Of a stretch of DNA of 64,000 nt, positions 56,300 through 64,000 are shown piece after piece. Within the stretch, counting starts at the first letter, position 1. Each line of letters starts with the position of its first letter. A program made the translations under genes and the position numbers. Source of the stretch: Deltaproteobacteria bacterium (GTDB lineage Bacteria; Myxococcota; UBA727; VGSZ01); NCBI GenBank assembly GCA_016874845.1, contig VGSZ01000001.1:4581-68580 (forward strand), in the 5' to 3' direction. The notes under the pieces were generated by a model. That model was not told where the DNA came from. It made no database searches and saw only the letters and a list, made by a program, of their open reading frames with translations.

Positions 56300-57022
56300 T
56301 CAGCCCGCCGCGGCCATCGCCTGATCGTCGCGCCACCACGCCCGCGCCACGGCGAGGAACGCCTCGGCGAGGATGATGCCGGTGCCGAGCACGAGGAACG
56401 GCGGGAAGATCAAGAGGATCCCGGGGACGACCGACAACAGCACCGCCGGCCACACGCGGACGCGTGTGGCGTGGTCGCCGGCGGCGAGGCGGCGCGCGGC
56501 CAGGGCCATCGCGATGGCAAAGGCGAAGTGCACGTGCAGGGTGCCCCACAACGACAGCCCGACCCAATAGTCGAAGCTGCCGACCAGCGATGGGTCTTCG
56601 GTGAGGACGCCGAGCAGCCACAGCGGCAGACCGATGCTCGCGTGCAGCGACAACGGGCCGGCGACGGCGACGCCCACGGCGGGTGCGACGAAGCTGGCGA
56701 CGGCGAAGGCCCCCGCGTCGAACTGCGCCAGCGCCGCCCGCGATCGCCCGAAGCGGCCGGCGACGACGGCGACGAGGGCGGCGGCCACCCAGACGAGAGC
56801 GATCAAAGGCGCGGTATGCAGGACCGACTCGCCGCGGGACAGCCAGCCGGCTGCGACGATGGCCGGCGCCAGCGCGAGCACTGCGCCGAAGCCGACGCGG
56901 GCGAGCCGCCGGCCCAGCAGGGCCGACGACACGCCGGGAGCACGAAGCGCGACCACGGGGAGCGAGACCGACACGGGGCACCTCCACGTCGTGGCGGCGA
57001 GCGAGGCGCGCGCCGCGGACAC
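56300..57022 (-). CDS. hypothetical polytopic membrane protein
   Basis: Six or more hydrophobic helices; high GC3; start uncertain. Confidence 0.4.
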   Translation of the reverse strand: MSAARASLAATTWRCPVSVSLPVVALRAPGVSSALLGRRLARVGFGAVLALAPAIVAAGWLSRGESVLHTAPLIALVWVAAALVAVVAGRFGRSRAALAQFDAGAFAVASFVAPAVGVAVAGPLSLHASIGLPLWLLGVLTEDPSLVGSFDYWVGLSLWGTLHVHFAFAIAMALAARRLAAGDHATRVRVWPAVLLSVVPGILLIFPPFLVLGTGIILAEAFLAVARAWWRDDQAMAAAG

Positions 57023-57271
57023 GACCGGCCGACACGCCTTGTCGACCGGGCTGTCGACAAAAGCTGCCGGTACAGACGAGCGTGCCGTGGCTTCGTCGCA
57101 TTCCGCACCCGTGGCAGATCACCCCTGTGCTGCTGCTCACTCCTGTTTCGCCGCAGGCGACCATCGGTCGTCCGTCCGAGCGGTCAGGGCGGGATCCGCC
57201 TTGCAGGGGGGGGGATGTCGGCTACGGTCCCACCCATTCGCGATCGCTCCGATCGCCCGAGGTCCTCCCCG

Positions 57272-58132
<861 letters not shown>

Positions 58133-58343
58133 AGCACCGCCACCGGGACTGCCCGGTCGGTACGCGCGGGGTCCTTCGGGGCCCCGCGCCTCGTTTTGGG
58201 GCACCCGCCGCGCGCCCGTGAAGTCGCATTCACTGGGCAGCTGGTGTCAGAATCCTGAGGGTCGGCGGCTCTGGTTGCCGCAGTCGAACCGGATCGCGGC
58301 GGGGCATGCGCCTTGCTGTCGAGGCCGGAACCCCGGAGACCCC

Positions 58344-59483
58344 ATGAAGACCCTGCGTGCCACGCTCCTTGGACTCACCCCGTTGTTCCTCGCCGGCGCC
58401 GCCGTGGCGCAGGGCGAGCCGCCGCCGCCCCCGCCGCCCCCTCCGGGCGGCGGCGGCGCCATCAGCTGCAGCAGCGACGCCGAGTGCCCGCTCGGCGCGA
58501 CCTGTCAGACCCCCGACTGTCCGACCTGCGACCCCGACGACCCGGCCTGCGAGCCGGCGGCCTGCACCGGCGTCTGCGTCGCCGCCCCGCCGCCGGGTGT
58601 CGCCTGCACCACCGACAGCGACTGCGCCGACGACCAGTTCTGCGCCGTGTTCGACTGCCCGGCGACCTGCGACTCCGCCGACCCGGACTGCGTCCCTGTC
58701 GACTGCCCCGGGAGCGGCGTCTGCTCGCCGCACGGTGAGCAGACGCCGCCGCCGCCGCCGTCGTGCACCACCGACGCCGACTGCGGCGACGGCACCGTCT
58801 GCATCACCCAGACGGTCGAGAGCTGCGCCAGCGAAGGCTGCGCCTGCCCGGACAACGGGAGCGGCGACGGCGACGGCGACCCCACCAACGACCCGCCCTG
58901 CGAGTGCCCGCCGCCGTCTGCGCCCGACTGCACCACCGAGACGGTGTCGTTCTGCGGCCCGCGCTGGCTCGACGAGTGCGCCACCGACGCCGACTGCGGC
59001 CCCGGCTTCACCTGCGAGCAGGCCGAGGACTGCACGTGCTCCATCGACTCCGCCGGCAACGAGTCGTGCGACTGCAGCGACGCGCCGACGAGCGGCGCCT
59101 GCCAGCTCGTCCGCGTCGAGTGCACCGACGCCGCCGACTGCAGCGACGGCTTCGTCTGCGTCGAAGAGGCCGCGACCGAGCCGTGCGCCACCGACGAGCA
59201 GGGCAACACCGACTGCGGGCCGCCGCTCGTGACCCGCATCTGCGTGCCGCCGGACTACGTGTCGCCGGTCGACAAAGGCGGCGAGGGCGAGACGCGCAAC
59301 GACGACGACACCGCCGCCGGCTCCGACGGCGACGGCGACGGCGACGACGCCGTCGACGACACCGACGACGGCAGCGCGTACATCTTCAACTGCGCGCAGG
59401 GCGGCGCCGGCGGCGCCCTGCCGCTCGCGGCCCTCGCGCTGCTCCTGCGTCGTCGTCGTCCGGCGCAGCCCGCGCGCCGCTGA
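58344..59483 (+). CDS. secreted cysteine-rich protein with poly-Pro segments and MYXO-CTERM tail
   Basis: Signal peptide. EPPPPPPPPPGGGG. More than 40 Cys in CxxDxDC-type repeats. C-terminal FNCAQGGAGGALPLAALALLLRRRR. Confidence 0.7.
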   Translation: MKTLRATLLGLTPLFLAGAAVAQGEPPPPPPPPPGGGGAISCSSDAECPLGATCQTPDCPTCDPDDPACEPAACTGVCVAAPPPGVACTTDSDCADDQFCAVFDCPATCDSADPDCVPVDCPGSGVCSPHGEQTPPPPPSCTTDADCGDGTVCITQTVESCASEGCACPDNGSGDGDGDPTNDPPCECPPPSAPDCTTETVSFCGPRWLDECATDADCGPGFTCEQAEDCTCSIDSAGNESCDCSDAPTSGACQLVRVECTDAADCSDGFVCVEEAATEPCATDEQGNTDCGPPLVTRICVPPDYVSPVDKGGEGETRNDDDTAAGSDGDGDGDDAVDDTDDGSAYIFNCAQGGAGGALPLAALALLLRRRRPAQPARR

Positions 59484-59582
59484 CGGCGGCGCGAACGCAC
59501 GAAAGCCAGAAAGCACGCGGGGAGCCCCTTCGGGCTCCCCGCGTGCTTTCTGGCGACGGCGGCGAAGCCTGCCGTCAGCCGG

Positions 59583-61313
59583 TCAGGTGCAGTTGGGCTG
59601 GTAGACGACGAGGGCGCCGCCCATGTCCGTCAACGTCGGCTGGGACTCGCAGTCGACGTAGACGTCGGTCTGGCCGTTGTTTGCGAACGTCGGCGACACC
59701 AGCGTCACCGACCTGCCGGTGTTCTGCAGCCTGATGCCGCTGTTGCCGCCGGCGTAGTCCTCGCCCGCCTGCCGCACCGTGACGTTGGTCAGCGTCGACG
59801 ACGCGGTGGCCTCGCCGAACACGAGCCCGATCCAGGACGGCGACGTCGCCTCCGCGTCGGTGGAGGCGAACGTGGCGCCCGTGGCGTTCAGCGCGCCGCC
59901 GCCGTCGCCACCGATCGACAGCCAGAAGCCGGTGCGGAACCGGTACGTGCCGCCGCTCAGCGTCAGCGTGGCGATGCCGGCGCTGTCGTTCTCGACCTCG
60001 ACGTCGCCCAGCGCGTGCCAGTCCACCGACTCGGTCGGCCACGTCGCCGTGCTCACCACGATCCCCGGGCGCAGCTCGTTGCGCGCGACGTTAGTGAGCG
60101 TCGTCGCCGTGTCCAGCGACCCGACGGTGTTGGGCGCCATCGACAGGCCGACCTCGCTGTCCTCGACGGTGTTGTTGGCGAAGGCGGCGAACTGGGCGCC
60201 GGGCTCGAGCACGGCGACGCCGGCGCCTTCGCATCGGCGGAAGGTCGTGTGGTCGATGGCCAGCACGTTGGCGTTGGTGTTGTAGACGGTCAGGCACCCT
60301 TGTCCGTTGGATATGGGCTGCCCGGCCTGCTGGATCACGGCGTGGCTGATCGACGAGCCCGACAGCGTGTTGTTGAGGAACACGAGCCCGATCCATGCGC
60401 CCTCGCCGGCGCCGGCGTCGACGGCGCTAAAGACCACCGGCTCGCTGGCGGTGCCCGCCACGATCAGGCGGCCGGGCGCGTCGCCGCCGGTGATGAGCCA
60501 GCTCGCGTCGGAGAAGCGCAGCTCGTTGCCCGCCGCGATGGTCAGCGCCGGGCTGCCGTCGCCCTCGACCTCGAGGTCGCCTTCGAGCACCCAGGGCAGG
60601 CCCAGCGATAGCCACGTCGCCGTCTCGCTGACGATGCCGGGCAGAAGCTCGTTGCGCGCGACGCCCTCGAAGGTCACCGCCTCGACGATCGAGCCAATGA
60701 CGTCAGGGGCCAGCCGCAGGCCCGCGGTCGCGTCGCGCACGGTGTTGCGCACGAACGAGTCGAATGGCTCGACGCTATACACGCCGACGCGATCGCAGTT
60801 GGTGAACGTCGAGTCGCCGACGTCGACGCGGCCGGCGCCCTCCTCGACGGTCAGGCAGCCCTTGCCACCCGAGGCGTCCTGGCCGGCGTCGGTGACGGTG
60901 ACGAACGACAGCGTCGTGCGCGCGCTCTCGGGCCGGAGCACCACGCCGATCCAGCTGCCCGCGCTGGCGTCATCGGTCGTCGAGCGCAGCACGATGGGGT
61001 CGTCGGCGGTGCCGTTGGCCAACAGCGTGCCGCCCTCGTTCAACAGCCAGCAGCCCTCGGCGAAGCGGATCTCGGTGCCCGCCGCGATCGTCAGCGTTGC
61101 ACCGTCACGGACATTGATGTCGCAATCGGGCGTGTAGACCGCGCACGACGACGGCGACAGCGTTGTGTCCGCCGTGATCTCGCCGATCGCGCAGCCCTCG
61201 CCCTCGCCCTCGCCCTCGCCCTCGCCCTCGCCCTCGCCGCCGGCGCCGCAGGCCGACAGGGCGACGCCGAGGGGCAACAACAAGGCCAGCGGCAGCACAT
61301 GGATTTGCTTCAT
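59583..61313 (-). CDS. lipoprotein with three internal about-150-aa right-handed beta-helix-like repeats
   Basis: Lipobox LSAC followed by GAGGEGEGEGEGEGEG. Repeated blocks ...LTIAAG.E(I/L)RF...W(L/I)...GG.L...GTA..P(I/V)V..S... Confidence 0.65.
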   Translation of the reverse strand: MKQIHVLPLALLLPLGVALSACGAGGEGEGEGEGEGEGEGCAIGEITADTTLSPSSCAVYTPDCDINVRDGATLTIAAGTEIRFAEGCWLLNEGGTLLANGTADDPIVLRSTTDDASAGSWIGVVLRPESARTTLSFVTVTDAGQDASGGKGCLTVEEGAGRVDVGDSTFTNCDRVGVYSVEPFDSFVRNTVRDATAGLRLAPDVIGSIVEAVTFEGVARNELLPGIVSETATWLSLGLPWVLEGDLEVEGDGSPALTIAAGNELRFSDASWLITGGDAPGRLIVAGTASEPVVFSAVDAGAGEGAWIGLVFLNNTLSGSSISHAVIQQAGQPISNGQGCLTVYNTNANVLAIDHTTFRRCEGAGVAVLEPGAQFAAFANNTVEDSEVGLSMAPNTVGSLDTATTLTNVARNELRPGIVVSTATWPTESVDWHALGDVEVENDSAGIATLTLSGGTYRFRTGFWLSIGGDGGGALNATGATFASTDAEATSPSWIGLVFGEATASSTLTNVTVRQAGEDYAGGNSGIRLQNTGRSVTLVSPTFANNGQTDVYVDCESQPTLTDMGGALVVYQPNCT

Positions 61314-61467
61314 TGGTTCCTCCCGCGCGGCAACGAACACGGCCGTCCCACCGCAGTTGCGCGAGTCTCTCTCAAATCCCGGGCCGGGCAACAGTCCCGG
61401 TGCGGCAGTCGCGCCGCGACCGCCAGCCCGGGGTCGCGTCGTCCTCGCGGGCTGCTATGGTCTTGAC

Positions 61468-62238
61468 GTGCTTGCTCGTCGCCGCTTCCTGACGTCGTCT
61501 GTCGCGTCCGCGTGCGCGTTCGCCCTCGGCAGCGGGTCGGCCCGCGCCATTGGCCCCACCAGCGAGCTGTCCATCGGCGTCGTCCGCCACGGCGGCCAGT
61601 GGGATCACCGCCCCGAGGCGCTGCGACGACTCCTGTGGGAGACCGGCAAGCGCACGAGCATCAACGTCGCCCGCGAGCGCACGGTGGTCAGCCTCGACGA
61701 CGACGGCAGCGACGAGGCGGGCGCCTTGTTCTGGCAGCCGCTGCTGTTCCTGACCGGCGAGGGCCCGATGCCAGCGTGGACCCCGGCGGCGCGCGCCCGC
61801 CTCGAGCGGCACCTGCGCTACGGCGGCATGCTCGTCGTCGACGCGCCGTCGCCGTCGGACCCGTTCCTGCTCGACGCCGCCCGCGAGCTCGACCTCATGC
61901 TGCCCGGCCTGACCCGTCGCCGGCTGCCCGCCGACCACGTGGTCATGAAGAGCTTCTTCTTGATCCCGCGCGCCGAGGGGCGGCTGCGCCTGGACGAGAC
62001 CCTCGAGGGCATCGACCTCGGCAACCGCACCGCCGTCGTCGTCAGCAAGAACGACCTGCTCGGCGCCTTCGAGCGCGACCGCTTCGGCACCTGGCGCTTC
62101 GAGTGCGAGCCTGACGGCGACACCCAGCGCGAGCGCGCGTTTCGTCTGGGTGTGAACCTGATGATGCTGGCCACCTGCCTCGACTACAAAGAAGACCAGG
62201 TCCACATCCCGTTCATCATGAAGAAGAAGCGGCGGTGA
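61468..62238 (+). CDS. Tat-signal DUF4159-like protein (tentative family assignment)
   Basis: Tat signal [24 protein letters not shown]. Motifs [29 protein letters not shown] and [13 protein letters not shown] start. Confidence 0.5.
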   Translation: MLARRRFLTSSVASACAFALGSGSARAIGPTSELSIGVVRHGGQWDHRPEALRRLLWETGKRTSINVARERTVVSLDDDGSDEAGALFWQPLLFLTGEGPMPAWTPAARARLERHLRYGGMLVVDAPSPSDPFLLDAARELDLMLPGLTRRRLPADHVVMKSFFLIPRAEGRLRLDETLEGIDLGNRTAVVVSKNDLLGAFERDRFGTWRFECEPDGDTQRERAFRLGVNLMMLATCLDYKEDQVHIPFIMKKKRR

Positions 62239-63119
62239 CGTCGCGCTCGACGGTGTCGTTGCCGACGCTGGTGTCGTCGCCGACGCTGCCTTCGCCGCTG
62301 GAGCTGCCCGGGCTGCTGGTCGTCGACGACGGCTTTGTGGACGACGCGGTGGTCGAGGGGCTGCGCGCCGCCATCGCGTCGTCGAAGCTGCCGGGGGCGA
62401 GCCAGCTCGACGGCGGCTTTGCCGCCACGCGCGGCTTTGGCGTCGCCTGCCACGTCCGCGCGGTCGACGACGCGCTGGCGCGGGTGCCGTGGCTGCGGCC
62501 GTTCGTCGCTGTGGCCTTGCACGAGGCGGTGTGGGCGCGGCTGTTCCGGCCGGGGCTCTTCGAGCGCGTGGCGTCATCGTGGCTCGGCCGGGTGAACGCG
62601 CTGTACCTGAACGTGCTGACGGTGCCGCCGGGCGCGGGCGTCGGGCGGCACGTCGACGCGACGCTCGGCGTGGCGACGGCGCGGCCGGGAGACGACGCGC
62701 CGCTGTCGCCGCGGGCGGTGGTGGTCCTGTATGTCGACGTGCCGGCGGGGATGACAGGCGGGGCGCTGCGGCTTTCGCGCGGCGACGACGTGGTGGCCGA
62801 GGTGGCGCCCCGGGCGGGGCGGCTGGTGGTGTTCCGTGGGGCGCTCGGCCACGAGGTGACAGTGGTGACGCCGGTGACGCCGGTGACGCCGGTGACGCCG
62901 GTGACGCCGGTGACGCCGGTGACGCCGGCGACGCCGGGACTCGAAGGCGCAGGGTGCGTGCGCGTCAGCTGCGTCGCCGAGCTGTACGCGCTGCCTCGCC
63001 GGCGGCTGTGGCGGCTGCCGCGGGTGCGGGTGCAGAGCCACGGGTTCGCCGGAGTGCTGGCGCGGCTGCGCCGCGAGCGGGACCCGCACCGGGCGACGAC
63101 GACGACGACGACCGAGTGA
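62235..63119 (+). CDS. 2OG-Fe(II) oxygenase-like protein containing a (VTP)7 tandem insert
   Basis: Candidate HxD...H site GRHVDAT ... GALGHEV. The GTG start overlaps the upstream stop (GTGA). Confidence 0.45.
   Translation: MTSRSTVSLPTLVSSPTLPSPLELPGLLVVDDGFVDDAVVEGLRAAIASSKLPGASQLDGGFAATRGFGVACHVRAVDDALARVPWLRPFVAVALHEAVWARLFRPGLFERVASSWLGRVNALYLNVLTVPPGAGVGRHVDATLGVATARPGDDAPLSPRAVVVLYVDVPAGMTGGALRLSRGDDVVAEVAPRAGRLVVFRGALGHEVTVVTPVTPVTPVTPVTPVTPVTPATPGLEGAGCVRVSCVAELYALPRRRLWRLPRVRVQSHGFAGVLARLRRERDPHRATTTTTTE
62865..62936 (+). repeat. 9-bp tandem repeat GTGACGCCG x7 (+1 variant) encoding [21 protein letters not shown]
   Basis: Seen directly, inside the oxygenase-like CDS. Confidence 0.9.
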
Positions 63120-63220
63120 CGCCGTACCGCCCCGACGGTGGGGGCTTGCATGATCGGGTGCGGTGCTGTCTACAGACGCCGTCGGATCGAACCCGTCCCC
63201 GGTTCTTTTTGGAGAAGACC

Positions 63221-64000
63221 ATGGCCCGCGACTTCCCCCTCGAGCGCACCCGCAACATCGGCATCATCGCCCACATCGATGCCGGCAAGACGACGACGAC
63301 GGAGCGCATCCTGTTCTACACGGGCATGACGCACCGGATCGGCGAGGTGCACGACGGCGCGACGACGACCGACTACATGGAGCAGGAGCGCGAGCGCGGC
63401 ATCACGATCACGTCGGCCGCCGTGACCTGCTCGTGGCGTCGCCGCATCGGCCAAGAGGGGTTCGACGCCAAGACGAACCCCGAGTACCGCATCAACATCA
63501 TCGACACCCCCGGGCACGTCGACTTCACCATCGAGGTCGAGCGCTCGCTGCGCGTCCTCGACGGCGCCTGCGTCGTGTTCGACGGCGTCGCCGGCGTCGA
63601 GCCGCAGTCCGAGACCGTGTGGCGCCAGGCCGACCGCTACGGCGTTCCGCGCATGTGCTACGTCAACAAGCTCGACCGCACGGGCGCCAACTTCTTCCGT
63701 TGCGTCGACATGATCGTCGAGCGCCTGAAGGCGAAGCCCGCCGTCATGACGCTGCCCATCGGCTCCGAGGCGTCGTTCACGGGCCTGATCGATCTCGTCC
63801 GCATGAAGTCGATCACCTGGAAGAACGAGGACATGGGCGCCGAGTACCAGCTGAATGACATTCCCGCCGAGTTCAACGAGCAGGCGCAGATCTGGCGCGA
63901 CAAGCTGATCGAGCAGCTCGCTGACGTCGACGACGCCATCGCCGAGAAGTACCTGAACGGCGAGGACATCAAGGAAGAGGAGCTGGTGCCGGCGCTGCGT
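63221..64000 (+). CDS. fusA: elongation factor G, 3'-truncated by the window edge
   Basis: Motifs [20 protein letters not shown] and [22 protein letters not shown]. The frame runs off the window end. Confidence 0.9.
   Translation, partial: MARDFPLERTRNIGIIAHIDAGKTTTTERILFYTGMTHRIGEVHDGATTTDYMEQERERGITITSAAVTCSWRRRIGQEGFDAKTNPEYRINIIDTPGHVDFTIEVERSLRVLDGACVVFDGVAGVEPQSETVWRQADRYGVPRMCYVNKLDRTGANFFRCVDMIVERLKAKPAVMTLPIGSEASFTGLIDLVRMKSITWKNEDMGAEYQLNDIPAEFNEQAQIWRDKLIEQLADVDDAIAEKYLNGEDIKEEELVPALR

Overview
High-GC (about 70%) chromosomal segment that looks myxobacterial: four secreted proteins end in the MYXO-CTERM tail (Cys, hydrophobic stretch, Arg-rich end). Recognisable housekeeping genes are recA with a Cheo-type LexA box upstream, gatB, fusA (5' part), purE, RNase J, glutathione peroxidase, tolB/tolA/tolR, two acyl-CoA dehydrogenases, an Fe-alcohol dehydrogenase, an NAD-epimerase and a peptidase C26. 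These are interleaved with accessory or unusual loci: (1) a translationally coupled trio of an S1 protease with MYXO-CTERM, a small lipoprotein, and an HTTM-CotH kinase fusion; (2) a 1044-aa PLD-nuclease/SF2-helicase/DUF3427 protein with an upstream secreted protein, divergently arranged against a tandem-AAA+ ATPase whose 585-bp leader carries three perfect TGCGAC-N7-GTCGCA palindromes; (3) an XRE-HTH/S24-peptidase repressor next to a DUF58/DUF4129 ORF and a decayed IS66-family element; (4) a run of cysteine-rich MYXO-CTERM proteins, beta-helix and PPC-domain lipoproteins carrying (Gly-Glu)n hexanucleotide repeats; (5) several short tandem repeats (8-bp x10 upstream of a subtilase, 11-bp x4 across a stop codon, 15-bp x11 encoding a histone-like Lys/Ala tail, 9-bp x7 encoding (VTP)n). 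Most long ORFs in the six-frame track are antisense shadow ORFs typical of high-GC DNA. Calls rest on motif recognition and GC3/codon phase; no database searches were run.
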